From Eledone cirrhosa (lineage: Eukaryota): DNA of 64,000 bases. Under the pieces are notes generated by a model. That model searched no databases. It saw only the letters and a program-made list of their open reading frames with translations, and was not told the DNA's origin. Below are positions 39,963 through 53,568 of this stretch, in pieces; within the stretch, counting starts at the first letter, position 1; every line of letters begins with the position of its first letter. A program made the position numbers and the translations under genes. Where the stretch lies: the NCBI GenBank assembly GCA_964016885.1, contig OZ024745.1:54622001-54686000 (forward strand), read 5' to 3'.

Positions 39963-40028
39963 TATTTCATTATATATATTTCGGGGATATCATATTAACA
40001 ATATGCTATGCCTTCATCAGACAAAATA
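39963..40028 (-). ncRNA. Type I hammerhead ribozyme motif (family A)
   Basis: TATTTTGT-CTGATGA-aggcATAGCATATT(gtt)AATATGATATcccc-GAAA-TATATA-TA^-ATGAAATA. Confidence 0.75.
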
Positions 40029-40103
40029 CAATATAAACAGTTTTATAGATAAATATATTCGACATACCGTAATAAACATCAACTTCATTTGGAGAGGTTT
40101 ACG

Positions 40104-40155
<52 letters not shown>

Positions 40156-40158
<3 letters not shown>

Positions 40159-41170
40159 AGAGATACCAGAGTGTCATGTTCGTGGACGCTACCCCTGGAG
40201 GAAAATTAGCTAACCAGTGTAGAAAGGCACTGAGAAAAACACACTTAAAGATTAAGGTGGTAGATAACCAAGAACCACCATAAAATCCATGATCAGCAAA
40301 ACTTACCCTTTTAAGAAAACCCACTGTACTAATAGGAAATGTATTATATGTAATGTAAACCCCCGGATAAACTGTAAAACTAGGAATGAAATCTATAGCA
40401 TAAGATGTACAGAGAGTAGTTGCAGAAACATGACAATAACATACACAGGCGAGACAGCTCGTAGCATAGTTGAAAGTATAGACCAACACTGGGGGAACTA
40501 AAATGAAGAAAAAACGGCTCAGTACTATACGAACACGCCAGACAACAACATGACGGTAACATAGACAACATAGAAATTAAAATAATATCTAAACATAGAA
40601 ATGACCCAGCAGATAGGCAAATCAGAGAGGCCAGTGAAATAGAACTTAGAAGGCCAAAGCTAGACAGATAAAATGAATGGAATAACAACAACACCCAAAC
40701 AAACAATACTGACCTCAGAGAAATATAAATAAATAAATAAATATATACACAAGCACAACAACAACAAACACATATAAAAACTCACTAGTAAACTAAGATA
40801 GAATACAATAACCAAAACACAGTCACCCAAACGCGAACACACATCAAACACTATACACACACGCAAACGCATGCTCAGAGAAGAAGACAAAAATAAAATG
40901 AAGAAATAAATAAATAAACAGATTAAATAAAGATGGCGTAGACATACAATACAACAGGAGGAAACATAGTAGCACCACTGACGCGTGCAAAGAAAGAACT
41001 TTGTTAGACTATATATATGTGTTTGTGTCTATATTATATCTGTATTTTTGACCGTTGGTCAATCAATGGTAAACATTGAGGACCGAATAAATTAACTCAT
41101 GAAAGATACAGAAGCGAAAACCAACAAAACAGTGAGTGTGTTCTATTATTAATTCTGGCAATATTATTAC
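40156..41170 (+). mobile_element. 5'-truncated Penelope-like element: GIY-YIG endonuclease remnant plus AC-rich 3' region
   Basis: YQSVMFVDATPGGKLA..., CTNRKCIIC..NCKTRNEIYSIRC..C..TYTGETARS, SVLYEHARQQH, DPADRQIREASEI; stops and frameshifts; starts at (TA)n. Confidence 0.8.
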
Positions 41171-41181
41171 AGCAATATAAA

Positions 41182-41348
41182 GGACGGTGGATTGGCAGTA
41201 TCGGTAGAGTGTCGGATGCCATGCTTTCTAGCATAGTAACGTCCCTTTATGATCTGAGTTCAAATCCCGCCGAGGTTAACTTTGCCTTTCATCCTTACGG
41301 GGTCGATAAAATAAAGTACCAGTAATGCCAAAAGTAGAAACAATTATT

Positions 41349-41349
<1 letters not shown>
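41182..41349 (+). mobile_element. tRNA-derived SINE (internal 3' deletion)
   Basis: Same A/B boxes and body as 3205-3390; lacks ~22 nt before CCAAAAGTAGAAAC. Confidence 0.9.
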
Positions 41350-41391
<42 letters not shown>

Positions 41392-41638
41392 TACACATTG
41401 TAATATATAATTGTTTATAATAAATATATATATACACACACACATATATAATTATGTATAAACAACACAAAACAATTATTCCAACTCATATAACGTTAAT
41501 TTGGGGGAAATATATTCTAAGTATATATCTTAATAGTACGTGTATTTACGATTATTAGTTGTTTAAAATTCGTTTCTAATATAAAATTTTCTCTTATAAG
41601 TAGATAAATAAATAAATAAATAAATAGATAAATAGATA

Positions 41639-43122
41639 TGTTTCTTGCCACCAGGGCATCAAAAGTGGGACAAGTACAATGGGGCGAGTTTACAAAACAA
41701 GGCGTCCTCAGTAAGGAGGAGGCAATAACAATATATAAAAATAAAATAAAATATAACAAAAAATAAAATTTATAACAAAGTCCTCAATAGAGAGGAGGCG
41801 CCTTGGGGGGTCGCACACACCCCCGAAAAAAAGTGTACAACCCTTTTCCTCGGGAGCACAGAGAAGGGGTTCTCCCTTGGTCTTTCATCTTCCTCACCTA
41901 TAGTCTGATGTAGAGTGAAGGCCCATTCACACGGGCCATTCTCGCCACTTTCACCCATCTTTCATAAAAACGGCTGGGGTGCAGCACCTCTCTCTCCATC
42001 CTGATCCTTCTTCCGAAATGATATCGGAAGAAACGGACCAGTTGTTGGCCAGAGAGAAAGGTGTGTGACCTCAGTCCTTTCAGACGCGTCCACCATACAA
42101 GCTCTTTCGCCATGGCTATTACGCACAGAAACACCGCCTCTTCTTCGTTTTTGAAGAGGGGAGGCGGCTTGATCGTTACAATAGACTCGGTGGTCAACCG
42201 GATCGGTCCCACCCTTGACAGCAGTCGTTCGACATAGCCCCACAGATCAGCAATGCCCGAGCAGTGTACCAATGTGTGTGCAACGGTTTCCTCGTCGCAC
42301 ACGCATCTGGGACAGATCTTTTTCGAGGGGTCTCTACCCGGGCGCCCGTGTCTGTAGAGCCTTTCTCGAACGGGCAGAGACCTTCTGTAGCATTGCCAGG
42401 CCAGGGACCTCTGGAAGTTATCCATGGGTCCCGGGCTGAATGTCCTACCGAACAGGTTGGCCAGTTCGTCTTCCTCCATGCCTAGGGCTTCTCCGAGGGC
42501 GTCGTCGCACCGGCTAACCACCAGCCCTCTATAGAATGACGAGGTGGATTCTCCACTGACAGCCGGGTCTGCCTGCCAGAGTGCCGTGAGCGCCTGGGCA
42601 CACTTGGTGTGCCAGGCGCCCAGTTTTCTCGGTCTTTGCTTGACCCAGGATTGCAGCTCGGTGAGTGAGACGAGTCTGGGAAAGGCTCGCCTCACAAACG
42701 GGGCCCACACCGGTTGACCGGAGAGGAATACCTGAAGGTGCCGTAGCCTTAATGCGTGTTTACGTATCATTAGCCACGGCATCCCAAGCCCTCCTTTCGA
42801 AGGGTGTTGACAGCAGATGGATCTCCTCATCATAGCAGCCCGCTTCTTCCAAAGGAATTAGAAGAGTGCGCGCTCCATTTTGGCGAGCGTTTCCCTTGGG
42901 CAAGGCACAACGGTCAGGCGGTAGTAGATGACGGACGCTATATAAGTGTTCGCCACCTCCGCCCGACCTTTCAGGGACAGTTTGCACTCGGCCCTCTTCT
43001 GGGTCAGTGCAAACACCCTGTTCGTTACCTCACCCCAGTTCTTCTCCACCTGGAGGTCTGGTCCGAACCAGACCCCGAGCAACTTCACCGGGCCCTCCGT
43101 TCAGCGCCCGACGACGCCATCG
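41639..43122 (-). mobile_element. 5'-truncated L1/Tx1-like LINE, second subfamily, 20-bp TSD
   Basis: ORFs 42858-43088 and 41898-42833 are homologous to 6633-7830 (KLLGVWFGPDLQ, CCQHP..GGLGM, CPRC..EETVAH..HC); AATAAATAGATAAATAGATA at 41619-41638 and 43123-43142. Confidence 0.92.
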
Positions 43123-43149
43123 AATAAATAGATAAATAGATAAATAAAT

Positions 43150-44225
43150 GAATAGATGTGTATATCATGTTATAGATAATTGTTTTAATGAGTTATGAGG
43201 GATATTGATTTTGTATTTAATGTAAGTAAATATGTTAAATTAAATTAAATTAAATGAGTTAATAAGAATATTTATATTTATATATTTTAAAATGAGATGA
43301 TAGGGAAAAACTCCAGTTTAGTTTATTTATTCGTTAGTATGAGACTATTTAGTCAAAATAAGTATAAATGTTGAAAGATATATTTAGCCAATTAGTGGTT
43401 ATAATAAAAGATATTGAAAAAATATAAAAGAATTGAGAAAAAGAGATAAGAAATGTTTAAAAGAGATAAAAATTAAAGAAATAAAAAATAAAGAATTAAA
43501 AATTATTAAGATTAAAATAACAATTAAAATTAAAATTAAAATTAAAAAAAATTAGAATTATATATGTATATATTTTATGAATCTTTAAGAAGTGAAATTA
43601 TAGCAAATGTTATAGATATTATTTAGAGATATCAATATATATTAAAACCAAGTGGATAAGATTGTTATGGAAATAAGTAGAAATATTATAAGTGTAATTA
43701 TAATTTATATATAGTTCTAAATGTTGAATTCAGGCGATGTCTACAAGAATTAAATAAATTCGTTCTTAGATTAATAGAGTTCTTACATCTAAGTGTGAAA
43801 AAAATTTCCTTAACTCACAATTTGCAGAATCTAGATAAAGCTGTTTCGTTACGCGGGTGCTTTCGAAATTATTTCACAAGTTAATGAATAGTCCATATTC
43901 TTGCATTTTAAGTTCCATATCAGGTTTGAAAGAGAAGTTGAAGATTTTTTATCAAATCTTTTGAAAGAGCATTTGTGATTATTCTAGCGACTTTTAAATT
44001 CTGTAGAAGTTGCACTTACATAGTTAAATATATTATCACTGGTTTTGACTGTACATTTATAGACCACGTTCTTATCTAAACACTTATTTTGTAAAGGACA
44101 GTTTAATTTAATTCTACAGTTACATTTTGCGGAGTTGTTGTTATTCAGAACGGTACTATTATGTTGTATATTGTTAGAGATATTACTGCTATTTTGGTTA
44201 TTTTGGTTAGGGTTTAAATTTCTAT
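43150..44225 (-). mobile_element. Penelope-like GIY-YIG remnant with AT-rich 3' region
   Basis: Minus-strand hand translation ~44130-43960: KCNCRIKLNCPLQNKCLDKNVVYKCTVKT...NYVSATSTEFKSR*NNHKCSF. Confidence 0.75.
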
Positions 44226-44234
44226 CAAGTTCGT

Positions 44235-44574
44235 ATCAATGGCAATCTCTTCGATGGCCATTACGATCTCCCTCAAGATCTTCTATTGACTCCGGCACTT
44301 GAAAGGGGTCTACGTGGATATGACAAAAAGCTGTTTCACCGCCGCTTTCGCCTAAATAGACGAAAAGCTGCTTTCTCGATCCGCATCTCTGGACCCTGGA
44401 ATCGGCTTCCAGAAGAAGTAGTCAACGCGTCAACCACGCAACAATTCAAGGCGAAATTGGACCGGTGTTGGACCACTGTGTTTCCGACTGTGTAAATGTT
44501 GCCCCCTCCCCTCCTTACATGGCATCTGAAGCATCTATGTTTTAATTTCTGCCAAATATATTGAATTAAATTGA

Positions 44575-44575
<1 letters not shown>
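44235..44575 (+). mobile_element. 3' end of CR1/L2-group LINE
   Basis: LRGYDKKLF..RFRLNRRKAAFSIRI..PWNRLPEEVVNA.T..QFKAKLD followed by short UTR and TTGAATTAAATTGAA tail. Confidence 0.8.
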
Positions 44576-44608
<33 letters not shown>

Positions 44609-44971
44609 ACACACACACACACACACACATATATAATTTATTTATATTCATATATGGAACAAAAGCGCTACATATGGTTTCAAGACTCATTATTGACCTT
44701 ATCACGAAATTATATATATATTAGATGAATTTATAGCTTAAACGCAAGCTATGCTATTCTAATGCCATCCTCAATGATTACATACGAAATATTTTTTTTA
44801 AGGGGACTTCATATTTGCTAAGATTATCAGAGGCTTATAATGCTGATCGGTATTGAATTAAACAGTTCACTGGAAAAGAAAGAGTAAAATAGTAGCTTAT
44901 TCCTCCTTTGTGTTGTATATACATATACACACACATATATATATATATATACTCTCATACACACACACGCG

Positions 44972-45050
<79 letters not shown>

Positions 45051-47385
45051 GGTTGTATATGTGAGGGTGCATATAGATATTTATATATGTATATATACAT
45101 TCATACCTACCTACATACAAAAATACATACATACACGCATAATAATGTACAAGGCCCCAGGAATGCTTTTAGGATTAAATAAAAATAAAATAACAGGACA
45201 ACTTTACGATCTTACCTTTATATATATAATAGAATTAAGTACTCCCTGAAGAATTAAAAACACTGAATTCTAATAATTGATTTACTGAGTGGTTGTTGTT
45301 AGCATCTATTTCTGTTCCAGGCAAATCAATGCTTACTACATGAGCATTCGTACTGAGGTACTGAAATGGAAGACTTATATAGATAACATGCTGCGATAAT
45401 GCAACATATCCTGTATGTATAAGTAGATTAATTTTCTCTGGCGTGTGCTGAGCATTCGAAATTATTTGCACGAATAGACATACGCAAACGCTCAGTCTAC
45501 ATATAAGCAGAAATGCTTACGTGGAGTCATGCATACATTCACATAACATACATATATACACACACGTCTACACATTCACACACATATACACATAAGAGAT
45601 TAGAGCATAATTTTTCTTCCCTCACCAAACTAATTATCAACTATTTAATATATACTGTCTCCTCTGTGTTACAAATTCGTCTTTGCAACATACGATTTAT
45701 GTGCATTCATTGAGTGAATAGTAAGCGGCAGGGCTTGACGGAATCTAGCACTATTTCTTTCATATTACTTTGATTTATACGTATTTTGCATTTTTGTCTT
45801 TGTTAGTTACATAAGTACATAAGTTGATAGCTCACCTATAGGGCGCTTTTTCTTAACGGCGGAATTCTACTGTCTTCCTCTTTAGAATCTGTAGATTCTG
45901 CTATAGTGGGAAACTGCTATCACTATCACCAAGAAGTTCCATTTTGACTCTGGCAATCTTGAATGAAATCTCCTGTTAGGATTACGACTGAACTCCACTG
46001 ACGATTTAATCTGTTAGTCCTAATTATGTTATATTTGTAATTAGTGAAAATATTGCATGACTTCTGTGTGTAGTGCTCGCTGATGTACCAGCTGTAAACA
46101 GGACGGTGCAATGAAACTATACAATTAGGAGCATGATTTCGCTTCCCACTCAAAGCCGTTTGGCCACTATTTAACGAATAGTGTCCCGACTGAGGTGCAA
46201 ATTCTTATTTACAATTTATGATTTTTTAAAATTCATTGAGTGAGTGGACAGCTGCAGAGTGAAACGGAATCTATACGGTTAACTCGTTATACTTAATTTT
46301 GACTCTGGAGTTCTGTGTCGTCCGTTTGTGCTTTTATTTAAAAAAAATAATGTTTTAGGTTTTCCCCTTAAAAAACGTTGTTCAAACTGCTTGACGTCAC
46401 ATAGAATTCTATGTATACTTGCAGCTAAATTACAGTACCGTTGGTAGGGTCGAAACTGCCTAAGTCCGTCTCAATGGCCGATAACCTTGGAGTTCTGTAT
46501 CCTTCGTTTGTATTCTTATTTTTTCAAAAATATTTTTTTAGTGTTTCTCCTTAAAAAAAAGTTTTTCGTTTTGCCTCGTCTCTGTTCGTTGTCATGACCT
46601 CTCTTTGTTGATTTTCTTAAGTTTACACACACACACACATACACATATGTATATATATACATCCTCTTCCCTTTCCTGTAACTCCTGAGGGAGTCGTAGG
46701 GACGCTGTAGCTGTTTCGACATCGGTGCTATAATTTTGCGAGACCGTTAATAGACATTTTATCGAATCTTGTAAATTACAAAGTATAAGGTTTGAGGTAT
46801 GTAATGGTAATAGTGAGAAGTATATAGTGTATCTGTGTAATCTGTCGACATAAAGAACTGAAGACATTTATTGAGTGAAACGTGTGGCCAATTAAGGAAT
46901 TTCCATGGAAATGGTATAGAATATGATCCAGAGATACATAATAAACAGCCAGCAGTGTCAGAATGACAAGCATCTAAGACAATTACATTTGAATTCCTGC
47001 CTGCTTGCAACATTCGTGGAAGCACACTCGATTCTTGTGCTGTTAATAAATAGACATGTTTCTTAAATAATTATCTCCAATGTATTACCTGTATTAGAAA
47101 CTGAAATTTAATTGGCACTATCCTTTGCTACAATTCAATTGCATGTGAGCAATCGATCAATTCAAATAATTTCACTACATCTGCTATCTTCTGCAAAATA
47201 CCCAAACGTCCATGGTTCTTAAACGAAATGATATTCCCAAAATTGGTTTTACACATGTAAAGTATACAGACATTGTTACAATATTATTTTGGTTGTTCAC
47301 TATGACATTTTGGCTGCAATTATTTATATGTTCGAATTCCAAAGATAAGAAATGAGATGCTGTAAGAACTGCATGCATGCACCAT

Positions 47386-47425
<40 letters not shown>

Positions 47426-47727
47426 AATATAAATTAGCGAGAATCGCATTTCGGCTAGTGGAAATTAGCGAAAAACAACTTCCGAATTGTGTGGCAAGCG
47501 CTCGATAGATACGAGTGTACTAGAGCAATAAACATACGTTAAAAAGCCCATACACACTGAGGCGATGGTTAAACCATTAACCGCAAAGCCCAAAAAGCGA
47601 GCAAGCTATTAGGGTCAAACAAATAATAATATATGATTGAAACATTTACCAGGACCCTCGGAAATGGTGGTAAAATCCGGTATAGCGTTTCTGCAACTCC
47701 TAAATCAAGTACTGTCTGCTTAAACAA

Positions 47728-47915
47728 ATAATTGTTTTTACGTTTGGCACAATGCCAGCAATTACCCATTGCATTACTGGTACTTAATTTTATCGACCCT
47801 GTAAGGATGAAAGGCAAAGTTAACCTCGACGGGATTTGAACTCAGAATGGCAAGGGCCATAACTCTATACGTCAAAGCATGGCGTCCGACCCTCTACCGA
47901 TACTGCCAATCGACC
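47728..47915 (-). mobile_element. tRNA-derived SINE
   Basis: Reverse complement of the 3205 family. Confidence 0.88.
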
Positions 47916-48038
47916 TGCTTAAACAAATGATGGTAAGCTTTTGGTATGATGATCGAACAAGGATGTCGCTTTTTCAACAGGCATTTTGTTCTGTGCCAAG
48001 CTACAGGTCTCGCCGTGATCTGAACGAACGTGCGGACT

Positions 48039-48164
<126 letters not shown>

Positions 48165-49147
48165 AATTTGAAATATATGAAATAGCTTTATCTGTCCTAA
48201 TAAATGTTTCTATAAGTACGTACTATATAGTCATATATTAGGCAGCGTAATTACTGAAAATGCAACATCTCATTTTCCTGATTCAAAATCCATCCGAAAC
48301 AGAAAAAGGTTAAGCAACCTACCGTTTACTATTTAGAAACACTCGCATATATAATGAACATCTGCTTCAATTTTGTTCAATTATTTGTTCATATTAAATA
48401 CATAATAGATAGCTTACCTCTCTCAGAGTTACCTGAAACTCAAGACCCATGCACTTATAATTTGCTTTTACCCGTTTCCCGCCGATGGGGAATTTTCCCT
48501 TGCCCGTTATATTCTGAGCAATGGAGAGACTTGAAACCATGTATCTATCTATCTAAAGAGTACTATCTTCAATCACATACATTCTCATTGGCAAATTAAA
48601 GTCAGTACAACTAGATTTCTGAGATACAAAATACTGCAGCAAATTCAGTTGATAAAACTTTCAATCACTTACTCTCAGGTGAATTATTTAGGTTTATAGC
48701 TATAAATATACAATAAATGCACCTATTAGAAAGAGAAATATAACAAACATGCATTAACATGAATTCTGGTACATTATTTTCATTGTCGACTAGGTCTTAG
48801 TATGTATTCGTCATTGCTATTTCAGCGGTTACAAATATCGCTGGATGCCCAGCTATTTAAGCCGATAATAAAATTACTGTTATTTTCATATTTCTACAAC
48901 ATTTACGACTCTCTGATATCTGTACGACTAACTATATATACAATTACATACAAATGTGCCAATAAAGTTATGTATCATACCAACAATCATAGGCATTCTT
49001 ATACTCAATTCTTAATTCAGTTCTATGTAATAAAATTACGACAAAGAAAGACGTGCTTCAAGATATTGATTTCGTGCAATTATATATCCGATCCTATGGA
49101 AGATAAAATTAATATGTATGTGTGTATTTATACATGCTCCTACTCAC

Positions 49148-49281
49148 TTCTATAGACGCCCCCACCTCACACACAGAGGCACATATACACACGTATATGC
49201 TTATATATATATCTAAATATCTATATCTATAAATGTGTGTGTGTGTGTGTGCGTATGTATATATATATATATATACATATA

Positions 49282-49347
<66 letters not shown>

Positions 49348-49476
49348 TATATGTATATATATATATACATACACACACACACACACACACATTTATCGAT
49401 ATAGATATTTATATATATATATAAGCATATACGTGTGTATATGTGCCTCTGTGTGCGAGGTGGGGTGTCTATAGAA
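49148..49476. repeat. ~330-bp spacerless palindrome centred on (TA)n
   Basis: TTCTATAGACGCCCCCACCTCACACACAGAGGCAC... mirrored by ...GTGCCTCTGTGTGCGAGGTGGGGTGTCTATAGAA, including mirrored (GT)n/(AC)n. Confidence 0.92.
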
Positions 49477-49499
49477 TATATATATATATATATATATAT

Positions 49500-49800
49500 A
49501 TGGTCCCGTAACTTCTAGTTGATTCATAGGGGTACCGTAGTTATATAGGGCATTTCTTTGGCATATTAAAGCCTGGCGGTGCCTATCCTTAGCCAGGCTT
49601 TAACACAGTAGTTTTCTTCCAGAGAAGGATAGAAAGTGAGAGGGACCAAGTGAGAAAGAAAAATAGAGAAAGAATCGATACCAATACTACACTTCTTTCT
49701 GGTCCATGCAAAGTCGAGATTTGAACTCAGAGTGCAGTGAGTCGGAATAAACACAGAAAAACATTCTATCCAACGTTCTAACGACTCAGCCTATTCGTCC
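49500..49800 (-). mobile_element. Older SINE with extended 3' part
   Basis: AAAGTCGA..GATTTGAACTCAG head region plus block shared with 5728-5820. Confidence 0.55.
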
Positions 49801-49840
49801 CCCCCCCCACACACACAGAAACACACACATATATGTGTGT

Positions 49841-49983
<143 letters not shown>

Positions 49984-50816
49984 ATTACATGTCCTATAGT
50001 GTTCTTTTCGATTTACGGCTGTCTATCTCTCTGTACCCAATTCTTTATAATTCTATTTTATGACTGATTGATCTAACAAGCAGGGAAATTTATGAAAGTG
50101 TACGGTATTTTAGATTTGTTGTTTGCAGCTAACTGTGACGTTTATATTTAATTATGTGGGTAGGTGGATAGAAGGGTAGCATTTTCCCCCCAGAGGTATA
50201 CATATCGACGCTTTAAAATAATTTTTCTGAAACAAAATAGCATGGTAAATTCATTTCATAAATCCAGTAGTCCCCCAGATTCTCTGGCAATCGAGAGAAA
50301 TATATTTAGGCTTTATTGCTATATAGGAAATATGCCTCTTACGAGAAGAATAGAAGCAAATGAATATCATAATGTATTCTGGGAGATTATTTTAATTGAT
50401 CATTTGTCGACTGATTTCGGAATCGTCAGAAAGTAACGCTAGCTTCAGCGGTGCCAACTATCATTGGGTGCCCAGCTATTTAATCTTACAATAAAGATTA
50501 CTCTTATTTTCATCTCTCTACAAAATTTACGACTCTCTGATATCTATCCAGCTATCTACGTATGTAATTACATACGGAAGTATACAAATGCACCAATAAA
50601 GCCGTGTATTATACAAGCATACATGAACATTCTTATAGTGAATTCTTACAATTAACTCAGTTTTATGCAATAAAATTACAAGACGGAGTGGTGTTCATGA
50701 TATTGATTTATTATGCAATTATAAATGCAATTATATGCAAGATAAAACCAATATGTACATGTGTATGTACACATACGCCCACTCACGCACATAAAATAGA
50801 CATACACACCCACACA

Positions 50817-50852
<36 letters not shown>

Positions 50853-51054
50853 GAAATGAATACATATGAGTATATACCGTTAAAACATGTTTATATAAAA
50901 ATGCACCTACGTACGTTTCGCCCAGAACGGGCTTCTCAAAGGCATAGAAAACAAAAAAATGATCAGTACGCGACCCAGGATGGGTTTTAAGGTTAAATTC
51001 ACATCAGAGTTCCTTCTTCGTTTAAGTACATGTGTTGTTACTGACAGGACTATG

Positions 51055-51185
51055 TATCTCAACCACCAGATAGTCAACTTCCTGGACGTAACCCTGGAGT
51101 TGAGTACGGGCCTATACAAACCATACCATAAGCCCGGGGAGATTCTGACTTATATAAACTATGCATCTAACCACCAACCAAGTAT
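51055..51185 (+). pseudogene. Penelope-like reverse transcriptase fragment (thumb region)
   Basis: NHQIVNFLDVTLELSTGLYKPYHKPGEILTYINYASNHQPS matches the PLE FLDV..YxPYxKP..Y..SNHP pattern. Confidence 0.75.
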
Positions 51186-51782
51186 AGACACACACACACA
51201 CACACACCAACACACACATATATATATACACACGCGTATACACACACACACACACATATATATACACTCAGAAAATGGTGAGGTTGTAAGATAAGGGTGT
51301 TTGAGAAGGTGGTCGTAAACCTACTCTCCTGCTGCTTTTATTTCATTAGTTGACCTTTGATGAGTATATAATGGCATAGCTGAATCAACTCTTCCAAATC
51401 CATAAAGAATATCTTCTACAAATTTCTATATCAAAGATGAATTTAGCTGCTTGTCTGGGTTTTAATGAGGTGTAAGATACATGTCTTTTGATAAGAATGG
51501 GATGATTCATTAACACCACACGCCACACCTCAGACACATCCACATCTCTCTTATATATAGTCACACATTTCAACACAACCTGATCTCAGTTTGACAATCG
51601 CCACAGACAGACGAATGCAAGAAAGTTCTCCAACCCAAGTTAACCAGGAATCTCTAAAATTCTTCCCACCGAAGTTAATAAAGACTTACTGGATCTACCA
51701 ACTCATAATATTATAAAATTATAACATTAAATCATAAAATATGTTTTAACACTACAAGTGAAGTCATTCTTTTCCTTTTTTT

Positions 51783-51822
<40 letters not shown>

Positions 51823-51962
51823 TAAATCTACCACTCAATGGTATAAAGAACTCAATGTAATCCGTATGTAGAAGATGTCGTGAAGCAAAGTTTAAAATAC
51901 AAAAATCTTTTTTATCAACGATATAATTCAATTGGATACAGAGTCAACATAGAAATATTAAA

Positions 51963-52276
51963 ACAATGAAATTAAACACAAAACTGTTAATTCATAGTAA
52001 AACACATTATTTTACGATCGTTTCTGGGAGGTAGTTCCCTGTATGTTCATTCAATTATTGATCTATGTAAATATATATTACAAAATATTATAGTAAGAAA
52101 AAGATACATACATCTTCACTACCGGTCGTCTTCAGAAATAATGATATTTTGTAATACGTTTTACATAGATCAATAATTGAATGAACATACAGGGAACTAC
52201 CCCCCCCCCCCCCAGAAACGATCGTAAAATAATGTGTTTTACTATGAATTAACAGTTTTGTGTTTAATTTCATTGT
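51963..52276. repeat. Inverted repeat (~130-bp arms), GAAACGATCGTA family
   Basis: 51963-52091 mirrors 52141-52276; spacer carries CTGAAGA on the minus strand. Confidence 0.88.
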
Positions 52277-52277
52277 A

Positions 52278-52341
<64 letters not shown>

Positions 52342-53031
52342 CGTGTGTGTGTATGGAGAAAAGCTAGAGCCTGTCGGCTGAGCTCACGTCGATTCCGACA
52401 CTGTAGTATTATCGTGGAAACCTGAACATTCATTCCCCGTTTTAGCCACATCGACCGCACCTACCACCCACCACACAACTACAGAGGTACACACATACAT
52501 AGGCGAATATACAGGCGCATGTTGACGTGCATAAATATTGACCTTCAGAGGGACACCTTGGTGAAACGCAACCAGGCCGCCCGCATACATACACATGCAC
52601 ACAAGCCAAGGTAGAGTAAATAATACGTAAATCAAAAAGCGCGACGTTGCACAAGGAATTCGCAACAGATTTGTTTGCGACTATGAAGATATAGGCCAAA
52701 GTACCCCTACCATAGTTCAACCCGTAACTTTATCTTTCCTACCCCAATTACATATTTCTCTCCGCTTGCCCCTGAAGAAACAGCGTATGGAAATAGCTAA
52801 AGGTGGTAAACTCACCGTTGAAACAATGTGAGCTAAACCATCGTGCTCTAGCTTTTCACGATACTTAGATTTAGATTTCCCGAGTATTCAGTACTTAGCT
52901 GAACATGGTCTTACTAGTCGAGACTGGTAACACCCAATCTCCCTTGCTCTCTCTGTCTCTCTCTCCCCCTCTCTCTCTCTCACTCTCTCTATATATATAT
53001 ATATACACATACACCACGCACATATATATAT

Positions 53032-53220
53032 ATAATTGTTTCTACTTTAGGCACAAGGCCAGCAAATACCCAGTTCATTACTGGTACTTTATTTTATCGA
53101 CCCCGTAAGGATGAAAGGCAAAGTCAACCTCGGCGGGATTTGAATTCAGACCGTAAAGAGACGTAACTATGGTGGAAAGCATGGCGTCCGACCCTCTACC
53201 GATACTGCCAATCCACCGCC
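53032..53220 (-). mobile_element. tRNA-derived SINE
   Basis: Near-consensus copy, reverse orientation. Confidence 0.9.
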
Positions 53221-53267
53221 AATCCACCGCACATATATATATATAATCATCACATATTATATATGTG

Positions 53268-53438
53268 AATTGGCAGTATCGGTAGAGCTTTGACGCATAG
53301 AGTTACGGCCCTTTATGATCTGAGTTCAAATCCTGCCGATGTGAACTTTGCCTTTCATCCTTACAGGGTCGATAAAATAAAGTACCAGTAATGCACTGAG
53401 TAATTGCTGGCCTTGTGCCAAAAGTAGAAACAATTATA
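53268..53438 (+). mobile_element. tRNA-derived SINE
   Basis: Near-consensus copy, head-to-head with the previous one. Confidence 0.9.
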
Positions 53439-53480
53439 TATATGTATGTGTGTGTATATATGTATATATATAGACATGTA

Positions 53481-53531
<51 letters not shown>

Positions 53532-53534
53532 GTA

Positions 53535-53568
<34 letters not shown>

